From NCBI GenBank assembly GCA_002453265.1, contig DKGK01000079.1:2486-45843 (forward strand): DNA of 43,358 bases. Reading direction: 5' to 3'. Origin of the DNA: Flavobacteriales bacterium UBA6772 (GTDB lineage: Bacteria > Bacteroidota > Bacteroidia > Flavobacteriales > UBA7430). This document shows, piece after piece, positions 10,220 to 19,069 of the stretch (positions are counted from its first letter, which is position 1; every line of letters starts with the position of its first letter). Under the pieces are notes generated by a model. That model was not told where the DNA came from, did no database searches, and saw only the letters and a program-made list of their open reading frames with translations. Position numbers and translations under genes: made by a program.

Positions 10220-11461
10220 ATGGATTTATTTGAGAAATTAAGAAATAATCGTGGTCCTTTAGGTAAGCATGCTAAAGATGCTCACGGTTATTTTACATTC
10301 CCTAAACTAGAAGGTGAAATTGCTAGTAAGATGATGTTTAGAGGAAAAGAAGTCCTAACATGGAGTATAAACAACTATTTAGGATTATCGAATCACCCAG
10401 AAGTACGTGAAGTAGATGCACAAGCATCAAAAGATTGGGGACTTGGTTATCCAATGGGATCTAGAATGATGTCGGGAAATAGCGATTCTCATGAGGAACT
10501 TGAAAGAGGGCTTTCTGATTATGTACAAAAAGAAGATACCATTCTATTAAACTTCGGTTACCAAGGAATGCTTTCTGCAATTGATGCTTTGGTAGATAGA
10601 CATGATGTTATTGTTTACGATAGTGAATGCCATGCTTGTATTTTAGATGGTGTTCGTTTACACCAAGGGAAAAGATTTGTGTTTCCACATAACAATATAG
10701 AGAACCTTGAAAAGCAACTTGTAAGAGCTGAGAAAATGATTGAACAAACTGGCGGTGGTATCCTTGTGATTACCGAAGGTGTGTTTGGTATGTCTGGCGA
10801 CTTGGGAGATTTAAAAGGTATTGCAGAATTAAAGAAGAAATTCAACTTTAGACTTTTTGTTGATGATGCGCACGGAATTGGTACTATGGGTGCTGAAGGT
10901 CGTGGTGCAGGTGAAGAATTAGACTGTCAAGATGAAATAGATGTCTATTTTGGTACTTTCGCTAAATCTTTTGCTTCTATAGGAGCTTTCATATCTTCTA
11001 CTGAAGATATTGTAGAATACCTTCGCTATAACATGCGTTCTCAAATTTTCGCAAAATCTCTTCCTATGCCTTTGGTTATTGGAGCTATTAAGCGTTTAGA
11101 GATTATGCGCAGAGGAACAGAGCAAAAAGACAAGCTTTGGGCTATTGCCAATGTACTACAAGCAGGTTTAAAAAATGCTGGTTTCGAATTAGGAAACACA
11201 CAATCTGCTGTAACCCCAGTTTATCTTTCGGGTGGAGTTGGTGAAGCAACAAATCTAACTTTCGATTTAAGAGAAAATTACAGTATTTTCTGTTCTATTG
11301 TTACTTATCCTGTTGTACCAAAAGGAGTGATTTTACTTCGTTTAATCCCTACCGCAGTTCATACAATAGAAGAAGTAGAATATACAATTAAATCTTTTTC
11401 TGAAATAAAAGTAAAGCTTGCTAAAGGCGAATATATTTCTGAAGAGATTGCTAACGTATAA
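10220..11461 (+). CDS. PLP-dependent alpha-oxoamine synthase family acyltransferase (BioF/Kbl/serine palmitoyltransferase-like)
   Basis: 413 aa. Class I/II aminotransferase fold with DDAHG and the PLP-lysine context GTFAKSF typical of alpha-oxoamine synthases. No bio genes or tdh are adjacent, so the substrate is not assigned. Confidence 0.8.
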   Translation: MDLFEKLRNNRGPLGKHAKDAHGYFTFPKLEGEIASKMMFRGKEVLTWSINNYLGLSNHPEVREVDAQASKDWGLGYPMGSRMMSGNSDSHEELERGLSDYVQKEDTILLNFGYQGMLSAIDALVDRHDVIVYDSECHACILDGVRLHQGKRFVFPHNNIENLEKQLVRAEKMIEQTGGGILVITEGVFGMSGDLGDLKGIAELKKKFNFRLFVDDAHGIGTMGAEGRGAGEELDCQDEIDVYFGTFAKSFASIGAFISSTEDIVEYLRYNMRSQIFAKSLPMPLVIGAIKRLEIMRRGTEQKDKLWAIANVLQAGLKNAGFELGNTQSAVTPVYLSGGVGEATNLTFDLRENYSIFCSIVTYPVVPKGVILLRLIPTAVHTIEEVEYTIKSFSEIKVKLAKGEYISEEIANV

Positions 11462-11486
11462 GCTTTATTAAAATTTACATATTTAG

Positions 11487-11516
11487 GTCTCGTATGTTCT
11501 ACGAGACTTTTTTTTT
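11487..11516 (+). terminator. Intrinsic terminator
   Basis: GTCTCGTA / TACGAGAC 8-bp stem with a 5-nt loop, followed by a run of nine T, 26 nt after the stop codon. Confidence 0.75.
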
Positions 11517-11521
11517 GAGTT

Positions 11522-12400
11522 ATGAAACTAACGAGTAAACTACATTATTATATAGTACTTCACATCACCATATTAATATGGGGTTTTACTGGGATATTAG
11601 GTAAGCTAATCTCTATGAGTTCTACTGCTATAGTAATTGATAGAATGGTAATAGCCTATTTTGCTTTGGCTAGCATGTTGTTTTTCCGAAAAAAAGAGTT
11701 TGTTAAAAATAAATATCGCTGGCAGATGTATGCCGTAGGAATTATTACTGCAGCACATTGGGCTACTTTTTTTGAAGCTTTAAAGGTCTCCAATATATCT
11801 GTAACACTTTGTTGTTTGGCCTCTTGTTCCTTCTTTGTTTCGTTAATTCAGCCATTCTTTTTAAAGACAAAACTCAAACTATACGAAGTAATTTTAGGTT
11901 TGTTTGTAATTTTAGGTATTTTTATAATCTTTACCTTCGAGAGTGATTATAGCTTAGGGATAATTCTAAGTTTAATTTCGTCGTTTTTAGCAGCTATATT
12001 TTCTGTTTGGAATGCCGATCTTATAAAACATAATTCGGCTTTTTCTATAACTTTAAATGAAATGTTAGCAGGTAGTGCAGCGATGATTTTATACTTCATT
12101 TCTACTGGTAATTTTAGCTTTCACGAAATAATTCCAGTAGGTATAGATTGGTTATACATTATGGTATTAGGTATATTTTGCACTGCAATAGCATTTTTAC
12201 TAGGAACGGAAGTTCTTAAAAAATTAAGCCCTTTTACAGTAAGTATAAGTTTAAACTTAGAACCTGTTTATGCTATTTTATTAGCTTTATACATCTTTGG
12301 AGAATCTGAAATTATGTCTTTAGGATTTTATATAGGTGCAACTATCATTTTAGCTACCATAGTAGTTAATGCTTACTTAAAGTCTAAAGAAAGTAAATAA
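11522..12400 (+). CDS. DMT superfamily (EamA-like) transporter
   Basis: 292 aa and very hydrophobic, with about ten predicted TM segments in two halves, as in EamA-domain permeases. Confidence 0.8.
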   Translation: MKLTSKLHYYIVLHITILIWGFTGILGKLISMSSTAIVIDRMVIAYFALASMLFFRKKEFVKNKYRWQMYAVGIITAAHWATFFEALKVSNISVTLCCLASCSFFVSLIQPFFLKTKLKLYEVILGLFVILGIFIIFTFESDYSLGIILSLISSFLAAIFSVWNADLIKHNSAFSITLNEMLAGSAAMILYFISTGNFSFHEIIPVGIDWLYIMVLGIFCTAIAFLLGTEVLKKLSPFTVSISLNLEPVYAILLALYIFGESEIMSLGFYIGATIILATIVVNAYLKSKESK

Positions 12401-13104
12401 TGAACGGTTTTAAGTTCAAGCAATTTACTATTCATCAGGAAAAAACTGCCATGAAAATTGGCACTGATAGCATTTTGTTTGGTTCTTGGCTAAAAACGAA
12501 CTCATCGCATAAGTCAATTTTAGACATTGGAACTGGAACTGGTTTATTGTCTTTAATGATGGCACAGAAAAACCCGAAAGCTTTAATTACCGCATTAGAA
12601 ATTGATGAAGATGCATTTAATGAGGCTCAAGGTAATATTGCGATTAGTAAGTGGGCGAATAGAATAGAATTGATTCATACAGATGCAATTGTATGGAGCA
12701 ATGATAAAAAGTACGATTTACTCATATCTAACCCTCCCTACTTTTCGAATGATTTAAAAGCTTTGGAGATTAAGCGTACTAAAGCAAGGCATCAAATAGA
12801 TTTTAAAATTGCCGATTTATTGAGTCTTTGGAAGACGTTTGGAGCAGAAAATTCTGAACTAGCTTGTGTATTACCAAATGACCAAGCTAAAGTACTTATT
12901 GATCTTGTGGTAAAAGAATCCTTTTGTCTTAAAAACCAAACTCTTGTCCGTTCAAATAAAGACAGTAAAGTAATTAGACATTTATTACTTTTTTCAAAGG
13001 AAAAAGCTCCAACAATTAAGTCGGAGCTTTCTATTTATACTTTAGAAAAACAATACACAAAAGCGTATATCGATATAACTATAGACTTTTATTTAGGCTT
13101 GTAA
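12400..13104 (+). CDS. tRNA1(Val) (adenine37-N6)-methyltransferase (YfiC/TrmN6-like)
   Basis: 234 aa. SAM motif I (DIGTGTGLLSLM) and the N6-adenine NPPY motif (ISNPPYF). The N-terminus FKFKQFTIHQEKTAMKIGTD is typical of this family. The start overlaps the upstream stop (TAATG). Confidence 0.75.
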   Translation: MNGFKFKQFTIHQEKTAMKIGTDSILFGSWLKTNSSHKSILDIGTGTGLLSLMMAQKNPKALITALEIDEDAFNEAQGNIAISKWANRIELIHTDAIVWSNDKKYDLLISNPPYFSNDLKALEIKRTKARHQIDFKIADLLSLWKTFGAENSELACVLPNDQAKVLIDLVVKESFCLKNQTLVRSNKDSKVIRHLLLFSKEKAPTIKSELSIYTLEKQYTKAYIDITIDFYLGL

Positions 13105-14427
13105 TTAGTTGATTTCTTCCTCAGTAAATTTAATTCCAAACTGCTCTAATTCTGCTAATACAGGATTGTAAATATCTGCACTTACAGGAACCTTTACGCC
13201 ACTTCCGGTAATAACACCATTTAATATAAGCTTAGTTGCAATTCCTACAGGAAGTCCAACAGTTTTTGCCATTCCAGTATATGTTTGATCTTCTCCGAAG
13301 GTTACAAATGAAGAATGCAACTCGTGTTCTTTTTCATTCAATTCATATATAAATTGATGTTGCATCACAATCATATCTTTATCATCAACACCTAAAGTCC
13401 ACTTAGACTCTAAAATACTTTGCAATACCTGAGCTGGAGTACCCTTTTTGATTTCAATTTTTGTGTCGCCAAAGAAACCTAACCAATCGAATTTTGCAAG
13501 TACTGTGTCTGTTATTTTGAAATGAGCCTTTAAGTGCTCTTGACTAGAGTTGCTGGCTTCTCTCATGAAAAAGTTTAAAAAATCATGATAAGTCATACCT
13601 GTAACATCTATTTCATAAGAATCATCTGTCATTCCAAGTTCCACAAATAAATCCCATGCTTCGCAATAACCAGGTCTTCGTAAAGTACCACGTAATAAAG
13701 TAGGGATAGTACTTAGTCCATAAATATCTCTGTACGAGAGAGAATCTCTATTTGCATAAGCTTCGAAGTCACCATAATTAAGAATCGAAAGTTCTTCAGT
13801 TCTTTTAAATAATCGGTGATACGGAATGTATTTGTATTTTCCATTCCGTATGTATTGTGCTGTACCTTGTCCAGCCAAAACAACATTTCGAGGATTCCAT
13901 GTAAACTTATATTGCCAAGGACTAGAAACTGATTCAGGAGCTACTAAGCCACCACAAAAAGATTTGAAGCTTTTTAATTGTCCACCTTTTGCTTTTAGTT
14001 GGTCAATTATTTTCATCGCCGACATATGGTCGATTCCAGGATCTAGGCCTATTTCGTTTAGTAATAAAATACCTTTTTCTTTTGCTTCTGCATCCAACGA
14101 TTTTATTTCGTCTGATACATAAGAAGCAGTAACTAAGTTTTTACCATACTTAACACAGTCTTGAGCTACTTTAAAGTGCAAACTAGCAGGAAGCATTGAA
14201 ACAACAATATCTGCCTTTTGAATCTCTTCTATACGTTGACTATCATTAAAAACGTCAAAATTTATAGCTTTTGCTCTTGAATTATTACCAATCTTATCTT
14301 CAACTAAAGATAAATCTCTATCTCCAACAACAATTTCAAAATCATTTGAATCTGCTTCGTTTACAAGGTATTGTATAAGAGAGGATGCTGAACGTCCCGC
14401 TCCAATAATAAATATTTTCTTCGCCAT
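13105..14427 (-). CDS. Saccharopine dehydrogenase family oxidoreductase
   Basis: 440 aa. N-terminal Rossmann motif (IIGAGRSASS) and saccharopine dehydrogenase-like central and C-terminal region (GLDPGIDHM). Confidence 0.8.
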   Translation of the reverse strand: MAKKIFIIGAGRSASSLIQYLVNEADSNDFEIVVGDRDLSLVEDKIGNNSRAKAINFDVFNDSQRIEEIQKADIVVSMLPASLHFKVAQDCVKYGKNLVTASYVSDEIKSLDAEAKEKGILLLNEIGLDPGIDHMSAMKIIDQLKAKGGQLKSFKSFCGGLVAPESVSSPWQYKFTWNPRNVVLAGQGTAQYIRNGKYKYIPYHRLFKRTEELSILNYGDFEAYANRDSLSYRDIYGLSTIPTLLRGTLRRPGYCEAWDLFVELGMTDDSYEIDVTGMTYHDFLNFFMREASNSSQEHLKAHFKITDTVLAKFDWLGFFGDTKIEIKKGTPAQVLQSILESKWTLGVDDKDMIVMQHQFIYELNEKEHELHSSFVTFGEDQTYTGMAKTVGLPVGIATKLILNGVITGSGVKVPVSADIYNPVLAELEQFGIKFTEEEIN

Positions 14428-14469
14428 GTTCTTTATTTATAAGAAAAGCGAATATATGGCAAAATTTCA

Positions 14470-14477
14470 TAAATTTG
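14470..14477 (+). promoter_or_regulatory. Candidate -7 promoter element (TAAATTTG)
   Basis: Exact TAnnTTTG match. The final G lies 32 nt before the ATG at 14509. Confidence 0.4.
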
Positions 14478-14508
14478 CATCCTAATCATTTATATAAAAA
14501 AACAGATT

Positions 14509-14859
14509 ATGAAAGGTATTTTAGGATTATTTGCAGCATTTTCAATAAGCTTCTCAGTATTTGCTTCTAATTGTGAAACAGCAATTTCTCAAGAACGATT
14601 CAATGGTTTTTATAAAAATATAGAAATTCAAAAGAACGATCAACAGCGCTATCAATTAATTCTTGCTTTTTCCAATAGAGAATGTATTTCCGTAGCTCAA
14701 ATGATGAAATTTACGAGCCTAATTACAGATCACAAAATAAAGTTTTCTGTTGTAAAAGATTCTTACAATTTATTGTTTGATCAAGAAAATAGAGCTGTTT
14801 TACTAAAAGGATTTTCTGCTCATGAACAAACACTCATTAATAAAGAAATTTCTAAATAA
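14509..14859 (+). CDS. Small secreted protein, DUF4476-like
   Basis: 116 aa. Signal peptide (MKGILGLFAAFSISFSVFA). The two-Cys pattern and the ...ECISVAQMMKFTSL...KFSVVKDSYNLLFDQEN... layout resemble DUF4476 as I remember it. Confidence 0.5.
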   Translation: MKGILGLFAAFSISFSVFASNCETAISQERFNGFYKNIEIQKNDQQRYQLILAFSNRECISVAQMMKFTSLITDHKIKFSVVKDSYNLLFDQENRAVLLKGFSAHEQTLINKEISK

Positions 14860-14865
14860 TTATCT

Positions 14866-14900
14866 AACCGCTCACTTAAATAAGTGAGCGGTTTTTTTTT
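14866..14900 (+). terminator. Intrinsic terminator
   Basis: 13-bp perfect stem AACCGCTCACTTA / TAAGTGAGCGGTT followed by a T-run, beginning 7 nt after the stop. Confidence 0.85.
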
Positions 14901-14967
14901 GATTTAATTTATCAAAAAAAAATGTTAAAATTAAATAGACTGTTTACTATTAATTCACAAAATTAAA

Positions 14968-14975
14968 TAGTTTTG
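14968..14975 (+). promoter_or_regulatory. Candidate -7 promoter element (TAGTTTTG) for pckA
   Basis: Exact TAnnTTTG match. The final G lies 43 nt before the ATG at 15018. The motif overlaps the TTG that the ORF track used as start, which argues against that upstream start. Confidence 0.45.
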
Positions 14976-15017
14976 CAAACTATTAAAGTAAGTGTTGAAA
15001 AACAAAAAAAAATAAAA

Positions 15018-16631
15018 ATGAATATTGAAAAAGGACTGAAAGCATCTAATCAATCTATTGCCGATTTTGGTATTGAACATGCAACTGTTCACTGGAATTT
15101 AAAGTCTGAGACTTTAGCAACTATTTCAGTAGAAAAAGAAATGGGTATATATTCTAATACAGGTGCTTTAGCTATCGATACTGGTGAATTTACTGGTCGT
15201 TCGCCTAAAGACCGCTTTATTGTAAAAGACGCTATTACGGAAGACTCTGTTTGGTGGGGAAGTATTAACATTCCCTTCGATGCAGCTAAATTCGACAAGC
15301 TTTACAATAAAGTTACTGACTACTTATCTACAAAAGAAATATATGCTAGAAATGCTGTAGCATGTGCTGGAGATGCTCATAGATTACCATTAACGGTAGT
15401 AAATGAATATCCTTGGTCTAACATGTTTGCAGACAATATGTTTATTCGTCCTTCAGAAAAAGAAATAGAGAATTTCGATTCGGAGTGGACTGTTATAAAC
15501 GCACCTGGCTTTATGGCCGATCCAGAATTGGATGGTACGCGTCAGCATAACTTTGCTATTTTAAGCTTTACTAAAAAAGTAATTCTAATTGGTGGTACTG
15601 GTTATACAGGAGAAATTAAAAAAGGTATTTTTTCTGCCTTAAACTTTATCCTTCCATTCCAAAAGGATGTGCTTTCTATGCACTGTTCTGCTAATGTTGG
15701 TAATGAAGGTGATACTGCTTTATTCTTTGGTTTATCTGGAACAGGTAAGACTACTTTATCTGCAGATCCAAACAGAAACCTTATTGGAGACGATGAGCAC
15801 GGTTGGTCTAACGAAGAAGTATTTAACTTTGAAGGTGGATGTTATGCGAAGTGTATCGACTTAAGTGAAGAGAAAGAACCAGATATCTTTAAAGCTATTA
15901 AAAGTGGAGCTCTTTTAGAAAACATTACTTTTAAAGAAGGTACAAACGTACCTGATTACGATAGTGGGGCTAAAACAGAAAACACACGTGTTAGTTATCC
16001 TATAGACCACATTAATAACATCCAAATTCCTTCCACAGGGCCAATGCCTAAGAATATTTTCTTCTTAACATGTGATGCTTTTGGTGTGTTACCTCCAATT
16101 TCTAAACTAACCCCTGGTCAGGCGATGTTCCACTTTATTTCTGGTTATACTGCTAAAGTTGCTGGTACTGAAGCTGGAATTACAGAACCACAAACTACTT
16201 TCTCTGCTTGTTTTGGAGCTCCATTTATGCCACTTCACCCTACTTTCTATGCAGAAATGTTAGGAAAAAAGATGGCTGCTAACAATGTAAATGTATGGTT
16301 AGTAAACACTGGATGGTCTGGTGGTGGTTACGGTGTTGGTTCTCGTATGAAACTTAAATACACACGTTCTATGATTACTGCAGCCTTAAATGGTGAGTTA
16401 GCCAATGTAGATTATAAAGAGCATGCTGTATTTGGATTAAGTATGCCAGTAACATGTCCTAATGTACCAGATGCCTTATTATCTCCTAAAAACACTTGGG
16501 CTAATAAAGAAACTTACGACACTAAAGCAAATGAGCTAGCGGATGCATTTAATGCTAATTTTGTTCAATTTACTAAAAATGCAAGTGACGAGATTTTAGC
16601 TTCAGCACCAAAAGCGATTATTAATTCTTAA
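15018..16631 (+). CDS. pckA: Phosphoenolpyruvate carboxykinase (ATP)
   Basis: Kinase-1a loop GLSGTGKTTLS and other PckA blocks (GRSPKDRF, IGDDEHGW, NTGWSGG). I place the start at ATG 15018 (MNIEKGL..., 537 aa) rather than TTG 14973. Confidence 0.95.
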   Translation: MNIEKGLKASNQSIADFGIEHATVHWNLKSETLATISVEKEMGIYSNTGALAIDTGEFTGRSPKDRFIVKDAITEDSVWWGSINIPFDAAKFDKLYNKVTDYLSTKEIYARNAVACAGDAHRLPLTVVNEYPWSNMFADNMFIRPSEKEIENFDSEWTVINAPGFMADPELDGTRQHNFAILSFTKKVILIGGTGYTGEIKKGIFSALNFILPFQKDVLSMHCSANVGNEGDTALFFGLSGTGKTTLSADPNRNLIGDDEHGWSNEEVFNFEGGCYAKCIDLSEEKEPDIFKAIKSGALLENITFKEGTNVPDYDSGAKTENTRVSYPIDHINNIQIPSTGPMPKNIFFLTCDAFGVLPPISKLTPGQAMFHFISGYTAKVAGTEAGITEPQTTFSACFGAPFMPLHPTFYAEMLGKKMAANNVNVWLVNTGWSGGGYGVGSRMKLKYTRSMITAALNGELANVDYKEHAVFGLSMPVTCPNVPDALLSPKNTWANKETYDTKANELADAFNANFVQFTKNASDEILASAPKAIINS

Positions 16632-16650
16632 TATTTTGATATTTTAATCT

Positions 16651-16682
16651 AAAAAAGGCTCTCATTTGGGAGCCTTTTTTTA
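16651..16682 (+). terminator. Intrinsic terminator of pckA
   Basis: A-run, then a GGCTCTC / GGGAGCC stem (one G-U pair) with a 4-nt loop, then a T-run. It lies inside the N-terminal extension of the 16666 ORF, so it supports the later rsmE start. Confidence 0.8.
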
Positions 16683-16692
16683 TTTTCGTTGT

Positions 16693-17391
16693 ATGCAACT
16701 ATTCTACTGTCCAGAAATCTTAGAGGATTCTTACTATTTAAATAGTGAGGAAAGCAAACATTGTATTAAAGTCCTTCGTAAAAACGAAGGAGATTTAATA
16801 AATTTAATTGACGGAATTGGTTCGTTTTATGAAGTACGAATTACGATCGCTTCACAAAAGAAAGTTCATTTTGAGATTGTAAAAAGCTGGAAGGAAGAAG
16901 CACGTAACTATAAATTACATATTGCTATTGCTCCAACAAAAAACAACGATCGCTTAGAGTGGTTTTTAGAAAAAGCTACAGAAATAGGAATCGATGAAAT
17001 TACCCCAATTATTTGCCATCATTCAGAACGGAAAGTTGTAAAAGAAGAACGCTTAAATAAGATTATTATTTCTGCTACTAAACAATCATTAAAGTCTAAA
17101 ATCCCAATCCTTCACCCTGCCATATCACTTAAACAATTAGTTCTAGTAAATCATACAAACAATTGTTTAATAGCTCATTGTGAAGACAATGAAAAGACTA
17201 GCTTACAGACTGTAGTCACAAAAAATACTCTTATATTAATTGGTCCTGAAGGAGATTTTAGTACAACAGAAATAGACTTAGCTTTGGCAAATAGCTTCAC
17301 TCCTATTACATTAGGAAATTCTAGATTAAGAACCGAAACGGCTGGCCTAGTTGCTTGTCATACAATAGCACTCCAACATGAGAAAATATAA
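16693..17391 (+). CDS. rsmE: 16S rRNA (uracil1498-N3)-methyltransferase
   Basis: Canonical RsmE N-terminus MQLFY at ATG 16693 and the SPOUT C-terminal block LIGPEGDFS...LGNSRLRTETA. The ORF-track start at 16666 would include the pckA terminator. Confidence 0.85.
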   Translation: MQLFYCPEILEDSYYLNSEESKHCIKVLRKNEGDLINLIDGIGSFYEVRITIASQKKVHFEIVKSWKEEARNYKLHIAIAPTKNNDRLEWFLEKATEIGIDEITPIICHHSERKVVKEERLNKIIISATKQSLKSKIPILHPAISLKQLVLVNHTNNCLIAHCEDNEKTSLQTVVTKNTLILIGPEGDFSTTEIDLALANSFTPITLGNSRLRTETAGLVACHTIALQHEKI

Positions 17392-18031
17392 ATTAGTAGC
17401 TTTACTTTTACTGCCTTTACTTTTTGCTTTTAACAACTATAGCTTTAAAGTAGCTGTTTTAAAATACAATGGCGGTGGCGATTGGTATGCTAATCCTACT
17501 GCTGTACAGAATCTAATTCAATTTTGTACAGTTAACTTAAACATGAGTATTAACCCTGTTTACGATGTGGTAGATATTGCTAGTACAGAATTGTTTCAAT
17601 ACCCATTTGTACATATGACTGGGCATGGAAATGTTGTTTTTTCATCTGATGAAAGAGAAAATTTAAGAAATTATCTTTTAGGTGGCGGTTTCTTACATAT
17701 AGACGATAATTATGGAATGGATGCTTATATAAGACCTGAAATGAAAAAGGTTTTTCCTGAATTAGATTTTATTGAACTCCCTCATTCGCATCCTATATAC
17801 CACCAAACTTATAAGTTCGAAAATGGCTTACCTAAGATTCACGAACACGACAATCAACCTGCTCGTGGTTATGGCTTAATACACGAAGGAAGACTCATTT
17901 GTTACTATACTTACGAAAGTGATTTAGGTGATGGTTGGGAAGATATAGAGGTACACAACGATAGCCAAAACATTCGTATATTGGCACTCAAAATGGGCGC
18001 GAATATCCTACAACACGCCTTAACTAACTAA
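17378..18031 (+). CDS. DUF4159 domain-containing secreted protein
   Basis: 217 aa. Signal peptide, then the LKYNGGGDWYANPTA block that I recall as the DUF4159 signature. It overlaps rsmE by 14 nt. Confidence 0.6.
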   Translation: MRKYKLVALLLLPLLFAFNNYSFKVAVLKYNGGGDWYANPTAVQNLIQFCTVNLNMSINPVYDVVDIASTELFQYPFVHMTGHGNVVFSSDERENLRNYLLGGGFLHIDDNYGMDAYIRPEMKKVFPELDFIELPHSHPIYHQTYKFENGLPKIHEHDNQPARGYGLIHEGRLICYYTYESDLGDGWEDIEVHNDSQNIRILALKMGANILQHALTN

Positions 18032-18041
18032 AAATAATATC

Positions 18042-18659
18042 ATGAAAAAAAACTTATTATTTCTCATTTGCCTTTCTACTGCTACTATTGCAAGTGCACA
18101 GATTCAGTATTCATCAGACAATACCGAACCTAATTCGAAAATAGAAAACCTTTCTGGTCCTAGATTAGGTATAACTATTATTACAAATGGTACTATTACA
18201 GAAACATTAAACGATGAGTTTAATGTTTCTAGTAACGTAATCAGTCAGTTTGGTTATCAATTTGAAAAGCAAATTGCAGGTGATGATAAAATTGCAGGTT
18301 TAATTGAAGGTATTGTATTTATTGGAGGTTTAGAAAAAGGATTGTTTCTACCTAGTTTAAGTGGTTTATTCGGTGCTAGAACTGCTTCGGGTTATGAGTT
18401 TGCCATTGGTCCAAACTTATCTCTTTCTGGTGCAGCTTTAGTTGTTGGTTTTGGTAAAACGATTACTATGGGAAATTTAAATATTCCTATTAATTTTGCT
18501 TATGTACCCTCAATAAAAGGTGTAATTGAAGGCTATTATGATAATGGAGATTTTGATGAAATTACTGGTGATTATGTTGAAGGTGATTGGATTAATCAGG
18601 AAACAACAAATACAGGACATAGATTTACAGTGACAATAGGATTTAACTTTAGAAAATAA
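18042..18659 (+). CDS. Hypothetical outer-membrane beta-barrel-like protein
   Basis: 205 aa. Signal peptide ending ASAQ. Alternating hydrophobic/Gly-rich strands and a C-terminal TVTIGFNFRK. I recognise no family. Confidence 0.4.
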   Translation: MKKNLLFLICLSTATIASAQIQYSSDNTEPNSKIENLSGPRLGITIITNGTITETLNDEFNVSSNVISQFGYQFEKQIAGDDKIAGLIEGIVFIGGLEKGLFLPSLSGLFGARTASGYEFAIGPNLSLSGAALVVGFGKTITMGNLNIPINFAYVPSIKGVIEGYYDNGDFDEITGDYVEGDWINQETTNTGHRFTVTIGFNFRK

Positions 18660-18661
18660 TT

Positions 18662-19069
18662 ATGAATAAATTAGCCATTCTCCTGTTTTTGATTCCTCTT
18701 TTAGCTTCAGCTCAAATAAGTGATCATAAAAGAATTTTTTCTGACAGCTTAGAATACAAAAACTTTAACCAAGGGTTTTTAGATTCTCAAGAATATTTTA
18801 TAGGTACTGGTGACTTTTTTATAGGTGTAACAGGTTGGTATGCCTACGGAGTTCCAAATGCAGTTTGTTATATTGTTGAACCTAAAGATAGAAGATTTAT
18901 GAATCCAATCAATCCTAATGTAGGTTACCTATACTCAGATATAAACTATTATAACGGCTATAAATACGGGGCAACTAAGAAGAAACGCAAACGTATTATG
19001 CAAGGATCCTTAACGCCAATTGGTTTACTCGTTGGAGTGTTAGGTACACTTATCCTTCTTGATAATTAA
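18662..19069 (+). CDS. Hypothetical secreted, C-terminally membrane-anchored protein
   Basis: 135 aa. Signal peptide (LLASAQ), aromatic/Gly-rich middle, a basic patch KKKRKR, then one C-terminal TM helix (LTPIGLLVGVLGTLILL). It starts 2 nt after the upstream stop. Confidence 0.35.
   Translation: MNKLAILLFLIPLLASAQISDHKRIFSDSLEYKNFNQGFLDSQEYFIGTGDFFIGVTGWYAYGVPNAVCYIVEPKDRRFMNPINPNVGYLYSDINYYNGYKYGATKKKRKRIMQGSLTPIGLLVGVLGTLILLDN

Noticed and set aside
14973-15017. TTG-initiated 15-codon N-terminal extension of pckA given in the ORF track.
   Set aside because: The TTG is part of the TAGTTTTG promoter-like motif. The extension is Lys-rich filler, and the ATG at 15018 gives a normal-length PckA.
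16666-16692. N-terminal extension of rsmE (MGAFFYFRC...).
   Set aside because: It would be translated from the pckA terminator hairpin and T-tract. RsmE proteins canonically begin MQLFY, which is the ATG at 16693.
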